From positions 15,189 to 79,188 of the forward strand of contig JAITUU010000001.1 in NCBI GenBank assembly GCA_031286165.1: 64,000 nucleotides of DNA, read 5' to 3'. The position numbers and the translations under genes are program-made. The notes under the pieces were generated by a model. The model did no database searches and was not told the DNA's origin. It was given only the letters and a program-made list of their open reading frames with translations. Shown one piece after another: positions 46,094-55,720 of the stretch (the stretch's first letter is position 1; the number at the start of each line of letters is the position of its first letter). This stretch comes from Bacteroidales bacterium (GTDB lineage Bacteria > Bacteroidota > Bacteroidia > Bacteroidales > UBA1715).

Positions 46094-46966
46094 ACGTTTC
46101 CCTTCGGCAGCAATGAGGGTATTGGAAATGAGCGAGCAAATGGTCATAGGACCCACACCGCCCGGCACAGGGGTAATGTAACTGCATTTTGGCGCAACTT
46201 CATCAAATTTTACATCACCTTTCAGTTTCCAACCGCTTTTGGTTTCGGTACTTGGCACGCGGGTGGTTCCCACGTCTATTACCACCGCGCCGTCTTTTAT
46301 CATGTCGGCGGTTACAAATTCGGGCGAACCTATGGCGGCTATTACAATATCACCGCGCTTGCACTCTTCGGCAAGGTTGGTGGTGCGGCTGTGGCACACC
46401 GTTACGGTGCAATCGCCCGGATAACCTTTTTGCGCAAGCATAACGCTGAGCGGACGACCTACAATATTACTTCTGCCCACTATTACGCAGTGTTTGCCGG
46501 CAGTGGGTATGTTGTAATATTTCAAAAGTTCCAAAATTCCCGCCGGTGTAGCCGATTTGAAAGCAGGCAAACCTATCATCATTTTTCCCACATTTATGGG
46601 GTGAAATCCGTCCACATCTTTTTCGGGGGCTATTGCCTCTATCACTTTTTGCTCATCTATGTGTTTTGGAAGCGGAAGTTGCACTATAAATCCGTCAATA
46701 TCAGCATCTTGATTAAATTCTTCTATTTTGTCGAGCAATTCTTGTTCGCTCACCGTGTCTTCAAACGTTTGCAGCGTAGAGCGAAAACCCACTTGTTCGC
46801 AGGCTTTCACTTTGTGATTTACGTAGGTAATGCTGCCACCATCATTGCCCACCAAAATTGCTGCCAAATGAGGCGTTTTGTAGCCTTCTTCGCGTAGTTT
46901 TGTAACTTTTTCGGCTATTTGTAATTTTATAGCCTCGCTCACGTGTTTTCCGTCTATCAGTTGCAT
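46085..46966 (-). CDS. folD: bifunctional methylenetetrahydrofolate dehydrogenase/cyclohydrolase
   Basis: [25 protein letters not shown] and [14 protein letters not shown] at 46966. Confidence 0.92.
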   Translation of the reverse strand: MQLIDGKHVSEAIKLQIAEKVTKLREEGYKTPHLAAILVGNDGGSITYVNHKVKACEQVGFRSTLQTFEDTVSEQELLDKIEEFNQDADIDGFIVQLPLPKHIDEQKVIEAIAPEKDVDGFHPINVGKMMIGLPAFKSATPAGILELLKYYNIPTAGKHCVIVGRSNIVGRPLSVMLAQKGYPGDCTVTVCHSRTTNLAEECKRGDIVIAAIGSPEFVTADMIKDGAVVIDVGTTRVPSTETKSGWKLKGDVKFDEVAPKCSYITPVPGGVGPMTICSLISNTLIAAEGKRAI

Positions 46967-47000
46967 AGTTTTTTGTTTTTTTTTGCAAAAATACACTTTA

Positions 47001-47035
47001 ATTATTAATTGTAAATTGTAAATTACAAATTATTT
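47001..47035. repeat. tandem heptamer array (ATTNTAA)x5
   Basis: attatta attgtaa attgtaa attacaa attattt read directly, upstream of folD. Confidence 0.75.
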
Positions 47036-47553
47036 TGGAATCATTCCTCTATACCCCCGATTTGAAACAAAAGTTTTTTTGCAAAAAATAGTAGCGTATG
47101 TTTGAATGAAATGTCATAGCAAAATTAAAACAATGGATGGTAAATAAAAATACTAAGCAATTGATATTGAGTACTTAACGATAAGTTTAAAAAACTACGC
47201 TTGTAGATAGTTTTGCGCAGAACGAGGAGAATAAAAATCGCAAAATGGTTATTCAATTCTACTTTGTGCGGATTGTGCGCCATGACCGGGAAAATAGGAG
47301 AAATGCTTTGTTTTATAGTAAAGCCATCGTTCAAAATGCGTTGCTTTAAATATTGCACATTGCACCACAATTTTTGTAAATACCATGCCGTTTTATACCT
47401 CTATATCTTTTTATCTATGGTTACCATGCTTTATATTTTGTGTCTTGTGTCTGAAATCTCAACACTCGCTACTCATTTTCTGGCACAACTATTGCACGTA
47501 TATAAAACTCTTTTAAAAAAATAGTATTTACTGACAAATTGACTGATTACATT

Positions 47554-49974
47554 ATGGCTGATATACAGTTTTCCATTCTACCCGAAGATATGCTCGATGA
47601 CATGCAAGATGCTAATGTTGAGATGATTGCAATTCCTCTCGATGATAATGACGACACAAAAAATCCGATAGAGATTCAAAAAACTCTGCCAATACTGCCA
47701 CTCAAAAATGCCATTCTTTTTCCCGGCAATGTAATGCCTATTACCGTGAGCCGCGAAAAATCTATGCAACTGATACGTGAATTTAATAAAAGTACCAAAC
47801 AAATAGCCACTGCCACGCAGAAAAATCAAAGCGATGATAATCCGCAAATGGCTGATTTATATGAAATTGGAACGGTTGCGCAAATTATGCGCATACTCGA
47901 AATGCCCGATGGAAATATTACGGTAATTTTGCAGGGTGTTACTCGTATTCGGCTTGTGGAGCAGTTGGCAAATGAGCCGTTTTTGCTCTGCCGCGTGGAG
48001 GAATTACCCGACATAAAACCCGAATCGAATGAAGAATATGACATTTTGCTGAGTTCCATAAAAGATATGGCTCTCAAAATTATAGAACTGTCGTCGAATT
48101 TGCCAAAAGAGGCTGCTTTTGCGGTAAAAAACATTAATTCGCCTACGTTTTTAATCAATTTTATATCTGCCAATGCCGATATTTCGGTGGAACATAAGGT
48201 AGAATTGCTTTCTGCCGATAATTTGCAGGAACGCGCACAGTTGCTTGTGAAATATTTGACAGAACATATTCAGTTGCTCGAAATTAAAAATAATATTCTT
48301 TTGAAAACGCGCAGAGATATAGACCAGCAGCAGCGCGATTATTTTTTACAGCAGCAAATAAAACAAATTCGCAACGAGTTGGGCGAAAATTCCAAAGAGC
48401 AGGATATAAACGAACTGCGCCAAAAAGCGCAAGATAAAAAATGGAGTGAGGCGGTGGCAAAGCATTTCAATAAGGAATTGGACAAACTTGCCCGCATGAG
48501 TAGCCACGATGCGGAACATTCTACTACCATGAATTACCTGCAAACCATGATAGAATTGCCGTGGGGCGAATATAGCAGCGATAATTTTGATTTACAGCGA
48601 GCCAAAGAAATTTTAGATGCTGACCATTTTGGCTTGGAAAACGTGAAAGAACGTATTATAGAACACTTGGCGGTGCTCAAATTGAAGGGTGATTTTAAAT
48701 CGCCGATTTTGTGCTTATACGGACCTCCGGGAGTGGGAAAAACTTCGCTCGGAAAATCAATAGCACACGCTTTGAACCGTAAATATTGCCGTATTTCGCT
48801 CGGTGGTTTGCACGATGAAGCCGAAATTCGTGGGCATCGCAAAACCTACATAGGTGCCATGCCGGGTAGAATTATTCAGAGTTTGCGCAAAGCGCAATCA
48901 TCAAATCCGGTGTTTGTGCTCGATGAAATAGATAAAGTGGGGAAAGATTTTCGCGGCGACCCCGAAGCGGCATTGCTTGAAGTGCTCGACCCTGAGCAAA
49001 ACAACAGTTTTTACGATAATTATTTGGAATTGGATTATGACCTCTCGAAAGTACTGTTTATAGCCACTGCCAATGATGTGGCAAACATTAGCCCCGCGCT
49101 GCGTGACAGAATGGAAATGATAGATGTGTCGAGTTACATAGTGGAAGAAAAAATTGAAATTGCCAAACGGCATTTAATTCCGCAGCAGATAGAAAATCAC
49201 GGATTTCAACCCTCTGATTTGCACTTTGAAAAAGCAGTGATTCAGGAAATTATAACAAGTTACACCAAAGAAGCGGGTGTGCGAGGATTGGATAAAAAAA
49301 TTGCACGTATAGTGCGCCGTTATGCAAAAAAAATAGCCATGAACGAAAGTTATACTGCGGAGGTAACGGTGAGCGATGTGCACGAAATTTTGGGACCACC
49401 GGCGTTTTCCAACGATTTGTACGAAAGTAACGAAGTTTCCGGCGTAGTTACCGGCTTGGCGTGGACGGCTGTGGGTGGCGATATTTTGTTCATAGAAAGC
49501 AGTTTGAGCAAAGGAAAAGGAGTGCTTACGCTTACCGGAAATTTGGGAAATGTGATGAAAGAATCGGCTACGCTCGCGCTGGAATTTGTGAAGGCGCATG
49601 CCGAAGATTTTTACATTAATCCCGATGTGTTTGAAACTACGAATGTGCACATACACGTGCCCGAAGGAGCAATTCCCAAAGACGGACCTTCGGCGGGAGT
49701 AACTATGCTTACGTCTATAGTGAGTGCGTTTACCAAGCGAAAAGTGAAATCGCAACTTGCCATGACCGGCGAAATTACCCTGCGCGGAAAAGTGCTGCCG
49801 GTGGGGGGGATTAAAGAAAAAATTATTGCTGCCAAACGCGCCGGCATTACCACCATTATACTCTGCGAACAGAATAAAAAAGATGTGGAAGACATTGAAA
49901 CACAATATATTGAAGGATTGATATTTCAGTATGTACGTAGTATGAGCGAAGTGATAGAGTTGGCGTTGGTATAG
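47554..49974 (+). CDS. lon: ATP-dependent Lon protease
   Basis: LON N-domain, Walker [10 protein letters not shown] and the catalytic Ser motif [11 protein letters not shown] at 47554. Confidence 0.93.
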   Translation: MADIQFSILPEDMLDDMQDANVEMIAIPLDDNDDTKNPIEIQKTLPILPLKNAILFPGNVMPITVSREKSMQLIREFNKSTKQIATATQKNQSDDNPQMADLYEIGTVAQIMRILEMPDGNITVILQGVTRIRLVEQLANEPFLLCRVEELPDIKPESNEEYDILLSSIKDMALKIIELSSNLPKEAAFAVKNINSPTFLINFISANADISVEHKVELLSADNLQERAQLLVKYLTEHIQLLEIKNNILLKTRRDIDQQQRDYFLQQQIKQIRNELGENSKEQDINELRQKAQDKKWSEAVAKHFNKELDKLARMSSHDAEHSTTMNYLQTMIELPWGEYSSDNFDLQRAKEILDADHFGLENVKERIIEHLAVLKLKGDFKSPILCLYGPPGVGKTSLGKSIAHALNRKYCRISLGGLHDEAEIRGHRKTYIGAMPGRIIQSLRKAQSSNPVFVLDEIDKVGKDFRGDPEAALLEVLDPEQNNSFYDNYLELDYDLSKVLFIATANDVANISPALRDRMEMIDVSSYIVEEKIEIAKRHLIPQQIENHGFQPSDLHFEKAVIQEIITSYTKEAGVRGLDKKIARIVRRYAKKIAMNESYTAEVTVSDVHEILGPPAFSNDLYESNEVSGVVTGLAWTAVGGDILFIESSLSKGKGVLTLTGNLGNVMKESATLALEFVKAHAEDFYINPDVFETTNVHIHVPEGAIPKDGPSAGVTMLTSIVSAFTKRKVKSQLAMTGEITLRGKVLPVGGIKEKIIAAKRAGITTIILCEQNKKDVEDIETQYIEGLIFQYVRSMSEVIELALV

Positions 49975-50002
49975 TTGAGAGTTGAGAGTTGAGAGGTGAA
50001 AA
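49975..50002. repeat. tandem heptamer array (TTGAGAG)x3 + GTGAAAA
   Basis: Starts on the base after the lon stop codon. It is a one-substitution variant of the TTGAAAG unit. Confidence 0.85.
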
Positions 50003-50057
50003 CTTTTTAATAAACTAACTTTTTCTCTTTTTCGTTTTGCCATTACATAAAAAAAAT

Positions 50058-50065
50058 TACCTTTG
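50058..50065 (+). promoter_or_regulatory. putative -7 promoter box for the nuo operon
   Basis: TACCTTTG, 38 nt upstream of the nuoA ATG. Confidence 0.45.
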
Positions 50066-50102
50066 CGCTCAAATTGGTTTTAACTAAAAAAACGTATCAC
50101 AA

Positions 50103-50450
50103 ATGAGCGAAGGTTTAATTCTCATGTTTTTATTAGGCGTAACCTTAGTGGGTTTAGCCGTGTTGTTTTCGAGTTTAGTTCCGCACAAAACGCACAATAT
50201 TCAAAAATCCGAAACCTACGAATCGGGAGTACCCACTATTGGGCGCACGTGGATTCAGTTCAATGTAGGCTACTATTTATTTGCCATAGTATTTTTGGTG
50301 TTCGATGTAGAGGCTATTTTCCTCTTTCCATGGGCAGTAGTAATGAAAGAAATTGGCATGGTGGCATATTTTGAAGTCATTATATTTTGTATTATACTTG
50401 GTTTGGGACTTTTATACGCATGGAAAAAACAAGCACTAAAATGGGAGTAG
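50103..50450 (+). CDS. nuoA: NADH-quinone oxidoreductase subunit A
   Basis: 115 aa, three TM helices, YESG and FDVE motifs. First gene of the nuo cluster. Confidence 0.88.
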   Translation: MSEGLILMFLLGVTLVGLAVLFSSLVPHKTHNIQKSETYESGVPTIGRTWIQFNVGYYLFAIVFLVFDVEAIFLFPWAVVMKEIGMVAYFEVIIFCIILGLGLLYAWKKQALKWE

Positions 50451-50998
50451 CAGAAAAAGAATATTCTTCACTCGAAGAATTGCAGTTAGACCTCAACCGC
50501 ACAAAAGCGGGTCAAGGAGGATTTATTCTTACAACATTAGACGATTTGGTAAATTGGGGACGTAAAAATTCGCTCTGGCCCCTTACCTTTGCCACAAGTT
50601 GTTGTGGGATAGAAATGATGGCAGCCGGTGCGCCGCGCCACGACTTTTCGCGTTTTGGTATGGAAGTATATCGCGCCTCGCCTCGTCAGGCAGACGTAAT
50701 AGTGGTGGCAGGTACTATTGTGCAAAAAATGGCACCGGTGCTCAAACGCTTATACGACCAAATGGCAGAGCCGAAATATGTGGTGGCAATGGGTTCATGC
50801 GCTATTTCGGGCGGACCGTTTTTCTACAATTCATATAGTGTGGTGCGCGGTGCCGACCAAGTAATACCGGTAGATGTGTATATTCCGGGCTGTCCGCCTC
50901 GACCCGAAGCATTTTTTCAAGGAATGCTCGAATTGCACGAAAAAATCAAAAAACAAAGCATGGCAGACCCTATTGACCACGATAAAAATTTTATGTAA
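50441..50998 (+). CDS. nuoB: NADH-quinone oxidoreductase subunit B
   Basis: N2-cluster motifs [16 protein letters not shown] and GCPPRPE. Start uncertain between the ATGs at 50441 and 50420. Confidence 0.9.
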   Translation: MGVAEKEYSSLEELQLDLNRTKAGQGGFILTTLDDLVNWGRKNSLWPLTFATSCCGIEMMAAGAPRHDFSRFGMEVYRASPRQADVIVVAGTIVQKMAPVLKRLYDQMAEPKYVVAMGSCAISGGPFFYNSYSVVRGADQVIPVDVYIPGCPPRPEAFFQGMLELHEKIKKQSMADPIDHDKNFM

Positions 50999-51007
50999 TA
51001 CAAGCGT

Positions 51008-51472
51008 ATGACGAACGAAGAATTAAAACAACGAATAGCGCAACTCTGCGCCGATGCGGTATGCACCGATACTTTGGATTATGTGCTTGCCGAAATTCCT
51101 GCACAGAATTTGGTGGCAGTAGCCACACAACTCAAAGAACAAAAAGACACACAGTTCGATTACTTGTACAGCCTTACCGGAGTAGATTATAACCCCGAAT
51201 TGGGCGTGGTATATCACTTAGAATCTACTACTTTGCGCCACAAAATTACGCTGGTAGCAAAAACCGGCGACCGAGAAAATCCGCGCTTGGACACCGTGTG
51301 CGGAATATGGAAGGCAGCAGAATTGCAAGAGCGCGAAGTATTCGACCTTTTTGGCATTACATTCAATAACCACCCCGATATGCGCCGCATTCTTTTAGAC
51401 GAAGAATGGACAGGCTACCCCCTCCGCAAAGATTACAGCAATCCACAAATGATAGTTGATTTGATAAAATAA
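51008..51472 (+). CDS. nuoC: NADH-quinone oxidoreductase subunit C
   Basis: 154 aa. ANWQERE-like motif AELQEREVFDLFGITFNNHPDMRRIL. Confidence 0.88.
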   Translation: MTNEELKQRIAQLCADAVCTDTLDYVLAEIPAQNLVAVATQLKEQKDTQFDYLYSLTGVDYNPELGVVYHLESTTLRHKITLVAKTGDRENPRLDTVCGIWKAAELQEREVFDLFGITFNNHPDMRRILLDEEWTGYPLRKDYSNPQMIVDLIK

Positions 51473-51508
51473 TCAACGTGGTTGAGGGTTAATTTTTTTG
51501 CTGATTCC

Positions 51509-51934
51509 ATGAAAATATTAAAAATCATACTATTTATTGTTGGAGTGTTTTTTCTTTTTACAAAAGGAATAGCATAAGAACAAACAACATGGGATTATCC
51601 AATAAAGCCCGGAATGAAGGAATGGGTAACATTTGAAACAAGTGAGCAAATGGTTAAGGCATGCCAAATTCCTTTTGACGTTTTAAAGACAGTAGGTACA
51701 AAAGAATTGGTAGAGATATGTTTGAATTATCCATTATTCAATAATTATGTTGCATTTAATGACGAGCGCAATGGAATAAAAACTACCATTGAACAATTCA
51801 ATGGATTGCAGGAATTGAGTCTGAGGAAAGATGGAATCACAGAACTTGTAAAAATATATGAAGATTATCCTGTCCTTTCTAAAATCCAGAAAGATATTAA
51901 TTCTAAACTATTACTACCAATACTACGGTTATGA
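51509..51934 (+). pseudogene. secreted-protein gene interrupted by an in-frame TAA after the signal peptide and truncated at its 3' end
   Basis: ATG 51509 gives MKILKIILFIVGVFFLFTKGIA, then TAA (51575-51577). The same frame continues as EQTTWDYPIKPGMKEWVTFE ... to 51934. Confidence 0.55.
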
Positions 51935-52065
51935 GTTGTGATAATCTTAACGTTCAAAACGTAGAAGTAAAAAACGGCGCGACACTAATTCTCGATGCAG
52001 GTCAATCGGTCAAAATTCCAAATGGATTTAAAGTAGAATTGGGGGCAGGATTGAAGATACAATAA
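51931..52065 (+). pseudogene. 44-codon fragment resembling the C-terminal end of a Bacteroidota '3-coathanger stack'-type surface protein
   Basis: MSCDNLNVQNVEVKNGATLILDAGQSVKIPNGFKVELGAGLKIQ*. The NGAxLxLxAGxSxxIPxGF pattern is recognised from memory, with low certainty. Confidence 0.35.
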
Positions 52066-52108
52066 AAAACAAATTATTTAGGTGCAGGGTTGAAGTTACA
52101 ATTAAAAA
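52042..52108. repeat. imperfect ~28-bp direct repeat pair
   Basis: GGGGCAGGATTGAAGATACAATAAAAAA (52042-52069) versus GGTGCAGGGTTGAAGTTACAATTAAAAA (52081-52108), with 4 mismatches. Both encode GAGLK(I/L)Q. Confidence 0.7.
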
Positions 52109-52115
52109 AAATACA

Positions 52116-52123
52116 TATATTTG
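52116..52123 (+). promoter_or_regulatory. putative internal -7 promoter box ahead of nuoD
   Basis: TATATTTG, 26 nt upstream of the nuoD ATG, at the right edge of the insertion. Confidence 0.4.
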
Positions 52124-52148
52124 GCGAAAATTTTTTAAAAATCTACAA

Positions 52149-53273
52149 ATGGCAGATGCAATAGCGAATATAGATTTAGATAAAGAAGAAGATTATCTAC
52201 TCAATTTGGGTCCACAGCACCCATCAACACACGGGGTTCTTCGTTTGTTGGTCAATCTTCGAGGCGAGGTAGTAAAAGACCTCAAACCATACTGCGGCTA
52301 CATTCATCGCGGTATTGAAAAAATGTGCGAACGCAATACCTATCCGCAAATAGTGCACTTAACCGACCGATTGGATTATCTTTCGGCACATCAAAACAAT
52401 GAAGCGGTGTGTTTGTTGGTAGAAAAAGCACTCGGCGTGGAAGTGAGCGATAGAGTGAAATACGTGCGTACCATTATGTCGGAACTTTCGCGTATAGCAT
52501 CGCATTTACTGTGGTGGTCGGCGTTTGGTATGGACTTGGGTGCACTCACCACGTTTTTCTACGGATTGCGCGACCGCGAATTGATTCTCGATATTTTTGA
52601 AGAAACTACCGGCGGGCGTTTGTTGCAAAGTTACAACTGTCCCGGAGGGTTGATGTACGATATTCACCCGAATTTTCAAAAACGGGTAAAAGAGTGTTTG
52701 GTGCATTTGAAAAAGAAATTGCCGGAATACGATAAATTGCTTTCGGGCAACGTAATTTTTATGAATAGAGCGCAAGGAGTGGGTATATTGAGCAAAGAAG
52801 ACGCAATTTCCTTCGGCGTAACCGGACCTTCGGGTCGTGGTTCGGGTTGGGCGTGCGACATTCGCAAAATGGAACCATACAGTGCCTACGATAAAGTACA
52901 GTTCAAAGAAATTGTGCGCAGCGAGTGCGATTCATACGCTCGTTATATGAACCGTATGGACGAATTGTGGGAATCAATTTCGATTATCGAACAGTTGATA
53001 GATGCAATTCCCGAAGGCGAATATCAAACCAAAATGAAACCGGTAATAAAACTACCCGAAGGACAATACTACCAACGAGTAGAATCGAGTAGGGGAGAAT
53101 TTGGGGTGTTTGTAGAAAGCAGAGGTGAAAAAAATCCGTACCGCATAAAATTCCGTTCGCCAAATTTTGCCAATCTTTCAGCCTTAGACCACATGACACG
53201 CGGACAAAAAATTGCCGACCTGATAGCAATTATGGGTTCGCTCGACTTAGTAATTCCAGATATAGACCGTTAA
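52149..53273 (+). CDS. nuoD: NADH-quinone oxidoreductase subunit D
   Basis: [16 protein letters not shown] near the N-terminus and the C-terminus [11 protein letters not shown]. Confidence 0.92.
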   Translation: MADAIANIDLDKEEDYLLNLGPQHPSTHGVLRLLVNLRGEVVKDLKPYCGYIHRGIEKMCERNTYPQIVHLTDRLDYLSAHQNNEAVCLLVEKALGVEVSDRVKYVRTIMSELSRIASHLLWWSAFGMDLGALTTFFYGLRDRELILDIFEETTGGRLLQSYNCPGGLMYDIHPNFQKRVKECLVHLKKKLPEYDKLLSGNVIFMNRAQGVGILSKEDAISFGVTGPSGRGSGWACDIRKMEPYSAYDKVQFKEIVRSECDSYARYMNRMDELWESISIIEQLIDAIPEGEYQTKMKPVIKLPEGQYYQRVESSRGEFGVFVESRGEKNPYRIKFRSPNFANLSALDHMTRGQKIADLIAIMGSLDLVIPDIDR

Positions 53274-53286
53274 AATACACTCAAAT

Positions 53287-54372
53287 ATGTTTCTATACGA
53301 TTTTACAGAATTAACATCAACAATTCACGCCGGACTTGAAACTACGTTTGGCGAAGGGTTACTGACAACCACCATAGAGTTTGTCATTGCAGGTATTGTG
53401 TATCTTTTGTTCTTTGCCGTATTCGGTTTGTTTGCCGTGTATTTGGAACGAAAAGTGTGTGCAATTATTCAAAATCGCGTGGGACCGAACCGTGTGGGTC
53501 CTTACGGACTTGTGCAAACCATAGCCGACTTTGTGAAACTTTTGATGAAAGAGTTGATACCCATCAATAATTCCGATAGATTTTTGTTCAATCTCGCGCC
53601 GTTTATTGTAATCACGGCTACGTTTTTGGCAATCGGTGCTATTCCTTTTGCTCCGGGTTTGCAAATGCTTGATTTTGACATAGGTATATTGTATGTTACG
53701 GCAGTTTCTTCACTCGGTGTATTGGGTATTTTGCTTGCCGGTTGGTCGAGCAACAATAAATATTCGCTCATAGGTGCCATGCGTAGCGGTGCGCAAATAG
53801 TGAGTTACGAACTTTCGGCAGGGCTTTCGCTCATGACTATTATAGTACTCGCCGGTACCATGCAATTTTCGCAAGTGGTGGCAGGGCAAGCCGATTTATG
53901 GTTTATTTTCAAAGGACACATTCCGGCAATTATTGCTTTCATTATATTTATGATAGCCGGTACTGCCGAAACCAATCGCGGTCCTTTTGACTTAGCCGAA
54001 GCGGAATCGGAACTTACCGCAGGTTTTCACACCGAATATTCGGGTATTAAATTCGCACTCTTCTATTTGTCGGAATATATCAATATGTTTATAATAGCGG
54101 CAATAGGAACTACGGTATTTTTGGGCGGTTGGCAGCCCTTCCAAATTCCGGGATTGGAAACATTTAACCACATTATGTGGTATTGTCCGCCGGTGCTGTG
54201 GTTTTTCTTGAAAGCATTTGCACTTATCATCATTATGATGTGGTTTAAATGGACATTTCCGCGCTTGCGAATAGACCAATTGCTGAAACTTGAATGGAAA
54301 TATTTACTGCCCATCAATTTAATTAACCTTATACTTATGGCAACCTGCGTATTACTTGGGTGGCACTTTTAA
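53287..54372 (+). CDS. nuoH: NADH-quinone oxidoreductase subunit H
   Basis: 361 aa, polytopic. [24 protein letters not shown] and [17 protein letters not shown] are typical of NuoH/ND1. Confidence 0.92.
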   Translation: MFLYDFTELTSTIHAGLETTFGEGLLTTTIEFVIAGIVYLLFFAVFGLFAVYLERKVCAIIQNRVGPNRVGPYGLVQTIADFVKLLMKELIPINNSDRFLFNLAPFIVITATFLAIGAIPFAPGLQMLDFDIGILYVTAVSSLGVLGILLAGWSSNNKYSLIGAMRSGAQIVSYELSAGLSLMTIIVLAGTMQFSQVVAGQADLWFIFKGHIPAIIAFIIFMIAGTAETNRGPFDLAEAESELTAGFHTEYSGIKFALFYLSEYINMFIIAAIGTTVFLGGWQPFQIPGLETFNHIMWYCPPVLWFFLKAFALIIIMMWFKWTFPRLRIDQLLKLEWKYLLPINLINLILMATCVLLGWHF

Positions 54373-54395
54373 TTGATTACTATAATAAAAACTCT

Positions 54396-54863
54396 ATGAA
54401 CGCAATAGTTGAATATATAAAAGACGTGTTTGGCGGCATGAAATCCCTCTTGACGGGCATGACTGTTACCGTGAAATATTTTTTTAGTCCGGGTGAAATT
54501 GTAACTCAGCAATATCCCGAAAATCGCGATACACTCAAAATGTTTGACCGATTTAAAGGCAATGTATATATGATACACAACGACCAAAACCAACATGGCT
54601 GCACCGCGTGCGGAATTTGCGAAATGAATTGCCCCAACGGTTCGATAGAAGTAATAGCCAAACAAGTGGTGGTGGACGAGAAAAAGAAAAAAGTACTCGA
54701 TAAACACATTTATCGCATGGGAATGTGCACATTTTGCGGATTGTGCGTAAAAGCATGCCCTACCAAAACACTTGCTTTCGGGCAAGAATACGAAAATTCG
54801 GTGTATAAACGCTCGAATTTAACTCGCATATTGAATAAACCAAATTCTACATTAGCAAACTAA
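54396..54863 (+). CDS. nuoI: NADH-quinone oxidoreductase subunit I
   Basis: Two 4Fe-4S motifs, CTACGICEMNCP and CTFCGLCVKACP. ATG at 54396. Confidence 0.9.
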   Translation: MNAIVEYIKDVFGGMKSLLTGMTVTVKYFFSPGEIVTQQYPENRDTLKMFDRFKGNVYMIHNDQNQHGCTACGICEMNCPNGSIEVIAKQVVVDEKKKKVLDKHIYRMGMCTFCGLCVKACPTKTLAFGQEYENSVYKRSNLTRILNKPNSTLAN

Positions 54864-54874
54864 AAAACACTGAT

Positions 54875-55381
54875 ATGAACGTAATTATGTTTTACATTTT
54901 AGCCGCAGTTATTCTTGTTTGTTCGGTGCTCACCGTTACAAGCCGAAAAATTTTGCGTGCGGCAACTTATTTAATGTTTGTGCTTATAGCCACAGCAGGA
55001 TTGTACTTTTTGTTGCAAGTGAATTTTTTGGCAGCGGTGCAATTAATGGTATATGCCGGTGGTATTGTGGTACTCATTATTTTCTCGGTACTTTTAACCA
55101 GCCATATAGAACATCAATTTGAATTGGCAGCACCAAGCAAATCAATTCCTGCGGCACTTGCGGCAATAGCCGGCGCGGCAATTTGTATAGCAAGTATTCT
55201 GCAATTCGATTTTACATCGCGCTTGGCAGAGCAAACTACTTCACCCGATATTCGTCAGTTCGGACACGCATTTTTGAACTACGGCGATGGCGGCTACGTA
55301 TTGCCCTTTGAGGTTATCAGTATTTTACTTTTGGCAGCCATGGTTGCTGCTATTATGATTGCAAAAAAGAATAAACAATAA
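54875..55381 (+). CDS. nuoJ: NADH-quinone oxidoreductase subunit J
   Basis: 168-aa membrane protein in the conserved position. VQLMVYAGGIVVL is typical of NuoJ. Confidence 0.85.
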   Translation: MNVIMFYILAAVILVCSVLTVTSRKILRAATYLMFVLIATAGLYFLLQVNFLAAVQLMVYAGGIVVLIIFSVLLTSHIEHQFELAAPSKSIPAALAAIAGAAICIASILQFDFTSRLAEQTTSPDIRQFGHAFLNYGDGGYVLPFEVISILLLAAMVAAIMIAKKNKQ

Positions 55382-55385
55382 TATT

Positions 55386-55703
55386 ATGATACAAGGAATA
55401 GAATTACAGCACATTCTCATTATCACAACCCTCATGTTTTTTGTGGGTGTGTATGGATTTTTGGTGCGCCGAAATCTTATTACAATTCTCATGGCATCGG
55501 AATTGATTTTAAATTCAGTGGGTATCAATTTTGTGGTATTCAATAAATATTTATATCCTACTGCCATGCAGGGATATATGTTTACCATATTTATTATAGC
55601 CATTGCCGCCGCCGAAGCAGCTGTTGCCATTGCTATTATTATCAATGTTTACAGACGTTATAAAACAATTAACGTTGAGAACGTGAGCGAAATGAAGTAT
55701 TAA
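55386..55703 (+). CDS. nuoK: NADH-quinone oxidoreductase subunit K
   Basis: 105 aa, three TM helices. LMASELILNSVGINFV and AAAEAAVAIAII are typical of NuoK. Confidence 0.88.
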   Translation: MIQGIELQHILIITTLMFFVGVYGFLVRRNLITILMASELILNSVGINFVVFNKYLYPTAMQGYMFTIFIIAIAAAEAAVAIAIIINVYRRYKTINVENVSEMKY

Positions 55704-55720
55704 CCGGAAAATAACACATT

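Noticed and set aside
47125-47524. 81-aa (minus strand) and 103-aa (plus strand) ORFs upstream of lon
   Set aside because: They overlap each other on opposite strands and are rich in C/F/L/K. I see no motifs, so I treat the region as non-coding pending a search.
49174-50043. 289-aa minus-strand ORF
   Set aside because: It lies antisense to the 3' third of lon and runs through the heptamer array. It is a shadow ORF.
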